Shown: positions 54,507-63,647, counted from the stretch's first letter. The stretch: 64,000 bases of DNA from an archaeon (GCA_021851265.1 JAJZIG010000001.1:84-64083), one strand, 5' to 3'. Notes: generated by a model not told the origin, from the sequence alone. Translations and numbers: made by a program.

Positions 54507-56015
54507 TTGCTCAGGAGCCTTGAAGAAACAACGATACTAGAACTCCAAGCAGCTATGGAGGCTGGAAAGCTCACCTCCATAGCCCTAGTCCGAGGCTATC
54601 TCGACCGAATTGCCAAACTCGACAGGGCTGGACCCAGGCTGAATTCGATCGCTGAAATCAACCCGAATGCTCTTGCGATGGCCCGGCACCTAGATGAAGA
54701 GAGGAGGAAGAAGGGCGCGCGAGGGCCGCTGCACGGCATCCCGGTGCTTCTGAAGGACAACATCGCCACGGCTGACGGGATGGAGACCACCGCAGGTTCC
54801 CTGGCCCTGATAGGCTCCAGGCCTAGGCGAGACGCCTACGTCGTGACGCGCCTCCGTGAGGCGGGGGCGGTGATACTCGGAAAGACCAACCTCAGCGAGT
54901 GGGCCAACTTCCGCTCCAGCAACTCTTCCAGCGGGTGGAGCGCCCGGGGAGGGCAGGTGCGCAATCCCTACTCCCTGGACCGGTCTCCTTGCGGTTCAAG
55001 TTCGGGCTCGGCAGTGGCTGCGGCTGCCAGCCTCGCGGCCGCCGCCCTGGGCACAGAGACCGACGGCTCGGTGCTCTGCCCGTCCTCGGTCAACGGCATC
55101 GTCGGCATCAAGACCACCTTGGGGCTCGTCTCGCGCACAGGGGTGGTACCAATAGCGCATAGTCAGGACACGGTAGGCCCAATGGCGAGGACGGTCGAAG
55201 ACGCCGCTGTCCTTCTGGGTGTGATGGTGGGTGTAGACAGGGAAGACCCGTCGACCCGGTCGAGCATCGGGAAGTCACATCGAGACTATGCCAAGTTCTT
55301 GGATCGCGACGGGATGAAGGGCGCGCGAATCGGAGTCCCGCGCAGCGCGTACTTTGGGTACAGTGACAAAACAGATGCCGCAGCCGAAGCCGCGATAGGT
55401 AAGATGCGGGACCTGGGCGCCACCATCGTTGACCCAGCCGACATCCCATCAGCGAAACAGATGGATGAGGGCGAGATGGTCGTCCTCTTGCACGAGTTCA
55501 AGGCCGATCTGAACCGATATCTTTCAGGGCTCGCGTCCTCGAAGGTACGGTCGCTGAAGGATGTCATCGCCTTCAACGAGAAACACCACGAGAAGGAATT
55601 GAAGTATTTCGGCCAGGACCTGTTCCTCAAGGCGGAGGAGACCGCAGGCCTGAAGGACAGGAAGTATCTGACCGCACTGAAGAAGAACCTCAGGCTGTCA
55701 AGGAAGGAGGGGATTGATTATGTCATGGACAAGCACGGTCTGGACGCCCTGGTGGCCCCGACGGGGTCGCCCGCCTGGGTGGTGGATCACATCGATGGAG
55801 ACCACAGTCGAGGGGGCTCGTCCCAGCCTACGGCCCTGGCAGGGTATCCTGCAATCACCGTCCCAGCAGGCTTCGTGTTCGGTCTCCCGGTAGGCATCAC
55901 TTTCATGGGACGCGCTTACAGCGAGCCGACCCTGATCAGGCTCTCCTACGCATTCGAGCAGGCGACCCGCCACCGGACCCCTCCGAAGTACGCCCCGACA
56001 ACGGCCTCGGATTAG
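54507..56015 (+). CDS. Amidase-signature family amidase (start uncertain; the track ORF begins at 54300)
   Basis: LHGIPVLLKDN, GGSSSGSAVAAAA, GTETDGSVLCPSS. Confidence 0.85.
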   Translation: MLRSLEETTILELQAAMEAGKLTSIALVRGYLDRIAKLDRAGPRLNSIAEINPNALAMARHLDEERRKKGARGPLHGIPVLLKDNIATADGMETTAGSLALIGSRPRRDAYVVTRLREAGAVILGKTNLSEWANFRSSNSSSGWSARGGQVRNPYSLDRSPCGSSSGSAVAAAASLAAAALGTETDGSVLCPSSVNGIVGIKTTLGLVSRTGVVPIAHSQDTVGPMARTVEDAAVLLGVMVGVDREDPSTRSSIGKSHRDYAKFLDRDGMKGARIGVPRSAYFGYSDKTDAAAEAAIGKMRDLGATIVDPADIPSAKQMDEGEMVVLLHEFKADLNRYLSGLASSKVRSLKDVIAFNEKHHEKELKYFGQDLFLKAEETAGLKDRKYLTALKKNLRLSRKEGIDYVMDKHGLDALVAPTGSPAWVVDHIDGDHSRGGSSQPTALAGYPAITVPAGFVFGLPVGITFMGRAYSEPTLIRLSYAFEQATRHRTPPKYAPTTASD

Positions 56016-56078
56016 AGGCGCCTACCATCGGCTATCCTCCGTACTCCTCCCCGTGACTGTGAGCGCCGAGCGAAGACT

Positions 56079-56182
56079 TGTTGAATAACTACCGTGTCTA
56101 TGATAATTCTACCTGGTTGTCTGGCGAGCCACTCCTGTGCGACTTAACATAAATCTGGCCTGGTTCGGAGTTATTCAACAAC
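56079..56182. repeat. 13-nt perfect inverted repeat pair in an AT-rich spacer (ttgttgaataact ... agttattcaacaa)
   Basis: Arms at 56079-56091 and 56170-56182, 78 nt apart. Both outer flanks carry ccgagcga in direct orientation. Confidence 0.5.
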
Positions 56183-56201
56183 GCTCCGAGCGAGGAACCC
56201 T

Positions 56202-56207
56202 TAAATC
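56202..56207 (+). promoter_or_regulatory. TATA-like box for the sulfurtransferase gene (leaderless ATG at 56231)
   Basis: ttaaat, about 27 nt upstream of the ATG. Confidence 0.45.
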
Positions 56208-56230
56208 GGTATTATCACATATGTTATAAT

Positions 56231-57082
56231 ATGAGTGAAAGCCGCTTGCATCCGAAGGTCCTCGTATCCACCCAGTGGGTCTCCGAACACCTGCACGACC
56301 CCAAAGTAAGGGTCACCGAGGTCGACTACGACCCGGCTGCGAACTACAGCCAGGGGCACGTCCCAGGAGCTGTCCTTTTCGACTGGAAGAAAGACATGAA
56401 CGACCCTCTGAATAGGGATATCCTATCCAAGGAGCAACTGGAGAATCTCCTCCAGCGCAACGGCATCTCCAACGACTCTACCCTGGTCCTCTATGGTGAC
56501 TTCAACAACTGGTTCGCTGCCTACGCGTTCTGGGACCTCAAGTACCACAAGGTCGATAACGTCATGCTGATGGACGGCGGGAGGAAGAAATGGTTGCTAG
56601 AGGACAGGCTGATATCCAAGGACGTCCCGTCGTACCCGCGCGCCCAGTTCAGCGCCGCCGGACCCGACACAGAGGTCAGGGTGTACAGGGACGAGGTGAA
56701 GGCCGCGGTGGGGAAGCCCGACAAGGTCCTCATCGACGTCAGGGGTCCGAAGGAGTTCACAGGTGAGATAACCGCACCGCCGGAGTACCCCAACGAGGCA
56801 GCCCAGAGGGGAGGCCACATCCCAGGCGCGAAGAACATCCCCTGGGGGATGGCGGTAAACGACGCTGACGGGACCTTCAAGCCAAGGGAGGAGCTGGAAG
56901 CACTGTACACCTCCAAGGGAGTCACTAGAGACAAGGGGGTGATTACCTACTGCAGGATTGGGGAGCGCTCTTCCCATAGCTGGTTCGTTCTGAAGTACCT
57001 GCTGGGATATCCAGATGTTAAGAACTATGACGGCTCTTGGACTGAGTGGGGTAACTCTATACGCTATCCCATCGAAAAGTGA
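56231..57082 (+). CDS. Tandem-rhodanese thiosulfate/3-mercaptopyruvate sulfurtransferase (SseA-like)
   Basis: Two rhodanese domains. Active-site loop YCRIGERSSHSW. Confidence 0.85.
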   Translation: MSESRLHPKVLVSTQWVSEHLHDPKVRVTEVDYDPAANYSQGHVPGAVLFDWKKDMNDPLNRDILSKEQLENLLQRNGISNDSTLVLYGDFNNWFAAYAFWDLKYHKVDNVMLMDGGRKKWLLEDRLISKDVPSYPRAQFSAAGPDTEVRVYRDEVKAAVGKPDKVLIDVRGPKEFTGEITAPPEYPNEAAQRGGHIPGAKNIPWGMAVNDADGTFKPREELEALYTSKGVTRDKGVITYCRIGERSSHSWFVLKYLLGYPDVKNYDGSWTEWGNSIRYPIEK

Positions 57083-57085
57083 GAT

Positions 57086-57742
57086 TCAGCCCTTCTTCAC
57101 TATGAAGTGACGCAGCGCGCCTTCCAAGCGCACCTCTATGAGGGAGTTTCCGGTCTGGTCCTGCCACCTGACCATCTCGATCTCAGCGGTAGGGTCGTCG
57201 GAGACCAAATGGACGACCGTCCCCCGGGAGGACTTCGCGAGTTCCTCGTCCAGCCGCGCGAGGACGACAGAGCACTCGGCTCCGACCTCGTAAAGCTCGA
57301 CATCAGGGAAGGCGGCGAAGCAGCGCACCTTCATGGAACGATGTCTCTCTTCAATCGTCGACGTGGCGTCTTTGAGCGGACGAAGCCTGGACTGTCCGCC
57401 AGTCTTCTCAACCAGCGCCACCCATCCGTCGCCGAAGGGATCCTTGTTTATGATTCGCGGTTTCTCTTTGAGCTTTTCATTGGGTTTCCTTACGACGCAC
57501 TCAAACGGGGCGCGGACCACATCGAAGTGTCTGGGACCCTCCACCGAGGCCAGAGAGTTTCCCTCGGCGATCCGGGATCCTTCTGGCTTTATCGATACGG
57601 CAGTGAATCCCCCTGACAGCCAGGAGACGAGGGGGGTGACGCCGACTCTCCAAAGGCTCCCCTCAAGGCGCCCCCACGTCCCGTGCTCGGGGTCATACAG
57701 CACATCGTCCCTGTACTCACAGCCACCGACTTTCACGCTCAA
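57086..57742 (-). CDS. Fusion of a GcvH-like domain lacking the lipoyl lysine and a TusA/SirA-like sulfur-carrier domain
   Basis: N-terminal VEGPRHFDVVRAPFECVV...NKDPFGDGWVALV aligns with the window's own GcvH (VESIKAVSEVYAPFSGKV...NKSPYMEGWLIMV). C-terminal LYEVGAECSVVLARLDEEL...GTVVHLVSDDPTAEIEMVRW fits the TusA pattern. Confidence 0.7.
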   Translation of the reverse strand: MSVKVGGCEYRDDVLYDPEHGTWGRLEGSLWRVGVTPLVSWLSGGFTAVSIKPEGSRIAEGNSLASVEGPRHFDVVRAPFECVVRKPNEKLKEKPRIINKDPFGDGWVALVEKTGGQSRLRPLKDATSTIEERHRSMKVRCFAAFPDVELYEVGAECSVVLARLDEELAKSSRGTVVHLVSDDPTAEIEMVRWQDQTGNSLIEVRLEGALRHFIVKKG

Positions 57743-57867
57743 AGGGCGGACCTGGGGGTCTTAGGATTTGCGGCCCGTCCGGGCAAAAACAGATTCGATG
57801 GTTTATGCCGGCGACGGAATGTCTCGCCCTGAATGCCTGAAATAGCGGCACGCGAGAGTAGACTGCC

Positions 57868-58338
57868 TTGCTTCGCGAGGGCGCCCGCCTGGTTGTAATC
57901 CGCAGCGCTTCTGTGCTCTTCGGGTTCGTCCTCGGACTGGTGGGCGCCTCCTTGGACCTATACTCGGGGTATCAGCTCATGGCGGGTCCCGCCCAGAACC
58001 CCATGCCTGTGCTCAATGCGGGGATGCTGACGGTCCAATACGCCGGGTCCGAGTTCCCACTGGGGGTCGGGGTTGTAACATTGGGGATTCTTGTCTTTGC
58101 GTCCGCTGTGGCGAGCACATCGGCATTCGGAGCCGCTCACATGAAGGCCTTCGGGGCGCTCATGATAGTCTATGGTCTCCTCATGCTGCTGACCGGATCC
58201 TCCATGGGAGGGATGGCATCTGCCATGGGACCGGAGTCGCTGCTTGGCTTCGGGATGCTTCTGGTGGGCGGACTCATGGTGATAAATGGCTTCATGATGC
58301 TGAGGGAAGCTGCGTTAGCCCCCAACCCAATGTATTAG
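57868..58338 (+). CDS. Hypothetical membrane protein (about 4 TM)
   Basis: ORF track; G/A/L/M-rich hydrophobic segments. Confidence 0.5.
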   Translation: MLREGARLVVIRSASVLFGFVLGLVGASLDLYSGYQLMAGPAQNPMPVLNAGMLTVQYAGSEFPLGVGVVTLGILVFASAVASTSAFGAAHMKAFGALMIVYGLLMLLTGSSMGGMASAMGPESLLGFGMLLVGGLMVINGFMMLREAALAPNPMY

Positions 58339-58394
58339 ACTGCCCGCTCCGGGAGCGGTTATCTTAAAGCAGACTGCACGGGATATCATGCGCA

Positions 58395-58775
58395 ATGACG
58401 GTGAAGCCAGACAAATCAGTGAGGCCGCAGCCTGTCGAGAATGCTGTCGACACTGAGATTGAATGGCTGGTCGACAGACACGATGGCGCGCCAAACTTCG
58501 AGATGAGAAGGTTCAGAATCAGGCCGGGAGGGAGCATCCCGAAACACTTTCATCCTTCGATAGAACACGAACAGTATGTCCTGCGGGGCCGGTACAAGGT
58601 GGGGATTGGTAGCCAGACCCACGAAGTGAAGGAGGGGGATTCCATCTACATCCCCAAAGGCACCATGCACTGGTACCTGAACACGGGTGACCAGGACGCG
58701 GAGTTCCTCTGCATCGTCCCCAAGACCGAGAAGTATGAGTCGGTCTATCCAGAGGAAGATGGACGACCGTCCTAG
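58395..58775 (+). CDS. Cupin-domain protein
   Basis: GGSIPKHFHPSIEHEQYVLRG......GDSIYIPKGTMHW. Confidence 0.75.
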   Translation: MTVKPDKSVRPQPVENAVDTEIEWLVDRHDGAPNFEMRRFRIRPGGSIPKHFHPSIEHEQYVLRGRYKVGIGSQTHEVKEGDSIYIPKGTMHWYLNTGDQDAEFLCIVPKTEKYESVYPEEDGRPS

Positions 58776-58910
58776 TTCAGGCAATCGAATCAGACCTGGC
58801 AGGCTTCGCTCCTAGGCGGCAGGCTCTCCGAGGCTGGGGGCGCTCACCGGTTCAATTCGAGGGAAAGGCTCAGGGTTCTTATCTCCCGGGTCTGAGGTGA
58901 CAATGCCAAG

Positions 58911-59996
58911 ATGAACGAGCCCACGAAAAGCTTCCTCAGGTCAGCCTACAAAGAGTACTACTTCCGTGGGGCCGGCGCAATAGAGTTCCCGGCTGAGATC
59001 GGGAGAAGGGAGTTTGGGTACATCCCATTCGGCGGCGGGATGGTCCGCCACCTGTCGTTCAAGAACGAAGGGGAGGCGGTCGCTGAGATTCTGAGACAGT
59101 CGCCGTCGTCTGTGTATTGTTCCAACGCCCGCTATGAGCGCCCCGCCAGTCCAATTGACGAGAAAGGGTGGCTGGGCGCCGAACTAATCTTCGACATCGA
59201 TGCCACCGATGTCCCTACCCCTTGCAAGAGGGGGCACGACCTCTGGTACTGCGAGAAGTGCTACGCGTCGGGGAAGCTCCCCAGGCCTGCCAAATGCTCG
59301 AAGTGTGGGGGGCCGACTGCGGAGTTTCACGGGACCTGCGAGGCATGCCTGGACGCGGCTAGAGAACACACCATGAAGGTGGTCGGCTTCCTTACAGAGG
59401 ACTTTGGAGTTGAGCGCGAAGCAATCAGGGTCTACTTCTCAGGCAACAGAGGATATCACCTCCATGTGTATGACGGCAGGTTTGAACAGCTGGATCAACT
59501 CGGCCGCGGCGAGATAGCAGAATACGTCCGTGGGTCCTCTCTCCCGCTCAGCCAAAGCATCGCTTCGACTCTCAGGCGCAGGCCACAGACTGGCGCCGTC
59601 GGTGCGGGGTGGGCCAGGCGCATAGCTAGGTACACTGAAGAACGTAGGGAAGACTACGGCGGCACCTTGCAGAAGCTGGTCTCTGAGGCAATCACCTCCC
59701 AGCGCGCCCTGGTTGATTCTTCGGTGACCACAGACATCCACCGAGTATTCAGGCTCGCAGGAACGCTGCACGGGACAACGGGGATGTCCAAGACGAGGGT
59801 GACATCCATGGATAGGTTCGACCCCCAGGAGGACCCTTTCGTCCTGACTGCTAAGGCGGTGAACGTCGCAGTGTCTTTTTACCCCCAATTCAGGGCTAGG
59901 CACAGGGACTTTGGCCCGTACAAGTCAGTTACAGTTGAGCTGCCCACCTTCGCAGCGGTACAAATCCTGACGAAGGGCCTAGGCGAAGTGGTTTGA
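58911..59996 (+). CDS. priS: DNA primase small (catalytic) subunit
   Basis: ELIFDIDATD, YFSGNRGYHLHV, zinc motif CEKC...CSKCG. Confidence 0.85.
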   Translation: MNEPTKSFLRSAYKEYYFRGAGAIEFPAEIGRREFGYIPFGGGMVRHLSFKNEGEAVAEILRQSPSSVYCSNARYERPASPIDEKGWLGAELIFDIDATDVPTPCKRGHDLWYCEKCYASGKLPRPAKCSKCGGPTAEFHGTCEACLDAAREHTMKVVGFLTEDFGVEREAIRVYFSGNRGYHLHVYDGRFEQLDQLGRGEIAEYVRGSSLPLSQSIASTLRRRPQTGAVGAGWARRIARYTEERREDYGGTLQKLVSEAITSQRALVDSSVTTDIHRVFRLAGTLHGTTGMSKTRVTSMDRFDPQEDPFVLTAKAVNVAVSFYPQFRARHRDFGPYKSVTVELPTFAAVQILTKGLGEVV

Positions 59997-60554
59997 ATGC
60001 CTGAAGCGACGCTTGAACATCTGAAGCGTAGACTCGAGTTGGAGACACAATCCGAGATACTGCTCCAGCTTCCATCCGACTTCTACGCGGGCATATCAGC
60101 ATACAGCCAGAGGCTGAAGAGATCCGTAGCGGCAGGGGCGTCTGACGTGGTCGTCCGCCTGGCCGCCGTCCAGGAGAGGATGATTGAATCGATGATCAGG
60201 CAACTCCTACAGATTAGGAGGGAGAAGGCAATGCAGCAGGGCGCCGTCCTGCAGTTGCTCCCAGAAGAAAGGTATGTATGCTCTGCCGAGCAGAAATTCG
60301 AGAGGCGGTTCCAGACGTTGGTGGAGGCGATCTCGGCGGGCCAGCCATCATTCGTAGAGTTCGCTCACATGACTGAGAACCAGAGAAGCATCACAGTGAG
60401 GTTCGTGAAACACGTCAACGAGCTGGTGGGGCTGGACTTGAGGCGCTACGGCCCGTTCGAGCCCGAGGACGTGGCGTCGATTCCCGCCGCCAGCGCGGAT
60501 ATCTTGGTAGCGGGTGGAGATGCGATAGAAGTCACCACCAGAGACGATGTCTAA
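59997..60554 (+). CDS. GINS-family replication protein (Gins51/Gins15-like)
   Basis: 185 aa, helical N-terminal pattern LQLPSDFY....Y...L. It lies directly downstream of priS, a known conserved archaeal gene pair. Confidence 0.55.
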   Translation: MPEATLEHLKRRLELETQSEILLQLPSDFYAGISAYSQRLKRSVAAGASDVVVRLAAVQERMIESMIRQLLQIRREKAMQQGAVLQLLPEERYVCSAEQKFERRFQTLVEAISAGQPSFVEFAHMTENQRSITVRFVKHVNELVGLDLRRYGPFEPEDVASIPAASADILVAGGDAIEVTTRDDV

Positions 60555-60573
60555 CATTGATCTTGCGAGCAGG

Positions 60574-60918
60574 CTAGCTATACGATCGCCAGGTGTGGTT
60601 GCACTTGACACACCTGTAGAACTGCGTAGGTGGTTCGTCACCACTCCTCGTCTGTAGGAACCACCAGAACGCCTCGTTGTGGCTGCACTTGGGGCACTCA
60701 ATCTTTGTCGTCGGGAGTGAATTGAGCTTCTCCTCTTTCTCCCCGACCACCTTAATCTGCGGGGTGTTGGAGAGCTCTTCCTCAGTCTTCTGGACCAGGG
60801 CGTTCGCCTCTTTCTTAGAGTATCCACAGTTGTCGCAGGCGTAGGTGACTGATACCTCCCGGGCTCCTTTCACTTGCTTCAGCTTGAGCCGTGTCCCACA
60901 CTTTGGGCAGAACTTCAG
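60574..60918 (-). CDS. tfs: Transcription factor S (TFIIS-like cleavage factor); start proposed at CTG 60918 overlapping the rpoL stop
   Basis: C-terminal ribbon CPKCSHNEAFWWFLQTRSGDEPPTQFYRCVKCNHTW. The N-terminal ribbon needs the upstream in-frame KFCPKCGTRL together with CDNCGY. Confidence 0.85.
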   Translation of the reverse strand: MKFCPKCGTRLKLKQVKGAREVSVTYACDNCGYSKKEANALVQKTEEELSNTPQIKVVGEKEEKLNSLPTTKIECPKCSHNEAFWWFLQTRSGDEPPTQFYRCVKCNHTWRSYS

Positions 60919-61202
60919 CTTGACCCACCACTGAGCGCTTTCTTTACCCCGTCGTAGAGCTCTTTGGTGGTCTCCATGGCCCTGTCGACACTGTTGGCGA
61001 AGGCCTTTTCGGGCTTTACCCGTTGTGATCTGACCTTCAACACGAGCTTCTTGATCAGGGGGTGGGGCGGGAGCACTCCCGCAAAGGTGACGCTCTTCTC
61101 CTCTAGCAGTTCGTGATGCACGATTTCGGCTAGTGAATAGTCTTCCCCGGTAATCTCCACCGTAAGGCCCTTTTCGTCTTCACTCGTGGTCTGGACCTGC
61201 AT
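60915..61202 (-). CDS. rpoL: DNA-directed RNA polymerase subunit L (Rpo11)
   Basis: 95 aa. TVEITGEDYSLAEIVHHELLE...FAGVLPPHPL. Confidence 0.85.
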   Translation of the reverse strand: MQVQTTSEDEKGLTVEITGEDYSLAEIVHHELLEEKSVTFAGVLPPHPLIKKLVLKVRSQRVKPEKAFANSVDRAMETTKELYDGVKKALSGGSS

Positions 61203-61277
61203 ATTTTGCCTGACCGCCCCTCGACTTCTTGTTATTAAACAGATAGCAGCGTCTCAAGCAATATGCCGCGCCCCAGG

Positions 61278-61856
61278 CTACGGCTCTATGGGGGTGGTCC
61301 CGAAATCCCTGGCCAGCTTCCTCTCCTCCACATTGCCACACTCGTCACACTTCAGCTTGGTCGCGTTCCCCTTGAGAAGGTGCCTTCCACAGCTCCCGCA
61401 CAGTGCAGCTACTACCCCCATGTCGGGCTCGTCTATGGTCAGATGGATTATCCCATTAACCAGGCTGAATACCCGACACCTGACGATGTCCCCGGGTTTG
61501 ACTGGGGTGGTCCTTCTCGCCCCCCTCCCTCCTCCCGAGAGGCTTCTCAGCGAAAGCATGCCAGAGAAGTCTTTGTAGGTAGGTTTTCCATTGAGGAAGA
61601 AGATATGGACGTTCGCGGAGTTTGCCTGAGACCCCTCGACTTGGCCTGTGACCCAGTCGTCGACGCGGAACAGCTCGGGCTCCGCAGCGGGCTGCACTGA
61701 GATCTCCATGTTCTTCATATCTCTCACCACCGAGCCCGCCCTCAGAGCTCTGATCAGTCCGGAGGCGTCGTAGGTGTGCATACCGGGGAGGAACTCTTCT
61801 GACACCGCAAGCTTATCTCCGGGGAGGGCCAACGGCGCCTTCTTTCGCTCTTTCAT
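61278..61856 (-). CDS. csl4: Exosome complex RNA-binding subunit Csl4
   Basis: LPGDKLAVSEEFLPG, S1-like GDIVRCRV, zinc ribbon CGSCG...CDECG. The ATG at 61856 is in an ATGA overlap with the dph2 stop. Confidence 0.85.
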   Translation of the reverse strand: MKERKKAPLALPGDKLAVSEEFLPGMHTYDASGLIRALRAGSVVRDMKNMEISVQPAAEPELFRVDDWVTGQVEGSQANSANVHIFFLNGKPTYKDFSGMLSLRSLSGGGRGARRTTPVKPGDIVRCRVFSLVNGIIHLTIDEPDMGVVAALCGSCGRHLLKGNATKLKCDECGNVEERKLARDFGTTPIEP

Positions 61857-62884
61857 TTCTTTATGAGCCCCACTGTGAGTTCGATCCATTTCGCGCGCTC
61901 AAGGAACTCCCCCGGTTCCCTCCCCTCAATAAGTGCGACTAATGCGTCCGCCTGGGGGATGGATAACACCGGTCTGTCGAAGGTAAACCCGTCGACCGAT
62001 ATCCTGGGGCAGGCGGTCTGGACGAACGCCTCAATCTCCCTGTGGGGGGCAAGCCGTTCCGCGGTGACGTCCCTCATGGCCAGCCTAACCACTTTCCTCC
62101 CGTTCATCTCGAGGCGCTTTGCTATCCAGTTACTTCTTCCAAGCATCTTCTGACCTTCCTTCAGCCCTGTGATTACGCCGAACACCCGAGCGTCCCTGGC
62201 CTTGTAGACCGCGAGTATGGCCCGCTTCCTCCTCTCGGCCGCTGCCGCTTGCATGTCGGTCACTTCATTCATGTAGGGGTCAAGCATGAACGTGGGCTTC
62301 CCGGTGGCCAGTGCGAGCCCTACGGCGTGGAATTCGCTCTCCCCCAGGAAGGCGAAGGCGTCCACTTTGCCCCGCGTGGGGAAAGGCGTGGAGAAATCGC
62401 AGCCGAACACCTGGCCTTCGAGCATCAGGTTGTTCCTCCTGCCGACCACGACCTGGAATCCCTTTGCCTCCAACTTCTCTTTAGCCGGGCCGAGCTGGTG
62501 GAGGTGCTGGCTGAACGTCGCGAGTCCAATCCGCTTGTAGGGGGCAAGGGCTTTCGCCGCGGTTTCAATCACATCCCCAAACTCCACGTCGTCAACCGCG
62601 TCAATCAGATATGTGTAGTCTCCCACCGCCTTGACGGCCGCGTTGTGTCCGATATGCAGGGCAAGGTCGGCCTGCAACCTCTCGGCGTCGTCATCGACGG
62701 TATCACAAATCCCAAAGCAGCTGTCCCCTGACATTATTGCAGTCACTCCGTACCTCTCCTTCACACGCTCCATCAGCTCCTTCGTCTGCCTCAGCAGCCC
62801 TCCCGGCGCGTTGACTAGCACAACCTTCGGTTTCTTCGTTTCTATGATCTCGAACACCACGCGTTCGTCTATCTTGACTGTCAT
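61853..62884 (-). CDS. dph2: Diphthamide synthesis enzyme Dph2 (2-(3-amino-3-carboxypropyl)histidine synthase)
   Basis: KPKVVLVNAPGGLL, MSGDSCFGICD, FVQTACPRIS. I prefer the internal ATG (MTVKIDE). Confidence 0.8.
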   Translation of the reverse strand: MTVKIDERVVFEIIETKKPKVVLVNAPGGLLRQTKELMERVKERYGVTAIMSGDSCFGICDTVDDDAERLQADLALHIGHNAAVKAVGDYTYLIDAVDDVEFGDVIETAAKALAPYKRIGLATFSQHLHQLGPAKEKLEAKGFQVVVGRRNNLMLEGQVFGCDFSTPFPTRGKVDAFAFLGESEFHAVGLALATGKPTFMLDPYMNEVTDMQAAAAERRKRAILAVYKARDARVFGVITGLKEGQKMLGRSNWIAKRLEMNGRKVVRLAMRDVTAERLAPHREIEAFVQTACPRISVDGFTFDRPVLSIPQADALVALIEGREPGEFLERAKWIELTVGLIKK

Positions 62885-62906
62885 GAGCCAAAAGTTACCT
62901 CGGTTT

Positions 62907-63647
62907 CTAGACCACTCTTCGGTGGCCAGATATATAGTTGGAGGAAATTCCTGCATCTCGGCCGACCGAGCTTGGCTCTACCTGCACCTCTCCTCCGGTG
63001 AGCATCTTCACCGATACTCCCCCGGTCCAGACGAGGACCGACCCCAGGAACGCCCGTTCTGTCAGCCCTCCATAACGGGCGAACAAGTGGGGTATCAGGA
63101 AGGGACCGACGAGCTCAATCGCGCAAAGCGCGACCGACAGGTATGCAAGAGGGAGGGCCCATCCCGCCGCTCGAGTGAGCTCTCTGTTGCCTTCCATCCC
63201 GAGGGAGATATAGAGCACTCCAGCAGCGCCTGAGGCGAAGGCTACTACGGCCACCAGCAGATGCACAGCGCCATCCACCGAGATAGGAGCTGGCGGGACA
63301 TCCGTCGGGAATGCTGCGAGCAAGAGCGACCCTATCGCCCAGGCCGAAAAGAGGTACCCTCCGCGCCTAAACCGTGGGCCAGTCGTGTCGGAGCTGTTCG
63401 CCGTTAAGGCGAGGGCGAAGAGGAAACAGAGGGAGAGCGCCCCCCGGTTGACAAAGTTCAGGGTCATGAGGTACCCGTAAGGTCCTACGGCGAGGTCGCT
63501 CTCTGCCTGGCCGATGGGACTGTAGTGCGGAGGCAGAGACTGGGCAACCGCATCCAAGACGACATAGAGGGCGATGCAGAACAAGGTAACGAAGAAGAGG
63601 GCCCGAGCCCGTCTGGCCTGCGAGCGCCCATCATCTATAGCGGCCAA
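62907..63647 (-). CDS. Multi-TM membrane protein (DUF998-like)
   Basis: LPPHYSPIGQAESDLAVGPYGYLMTLNF and about 6 hydrophobic helices. Confidence 0.45.
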   Translation of the reverse strand: MAAIDDGRSQARRARALFFVTLFCIALYVVLDAVAQSLPPHYSPIGQAESDLAVGPYGYLMTLNFVNRGALSLCFLFALALTANSSDTTGPRFRRGGYLFSAWAIGSLLLAAFPTDVPPAPISVDGAVHLLVAVVAFASGAAGVLYISLGMEGNRELTRAAGWALPLAYLSVALCAIELVGPFLIPHLFARYGGLTERAFLGSVLVWTGGVSVKMLTGGEVQVEPSSVGRDAGISSNYISGHRRVV

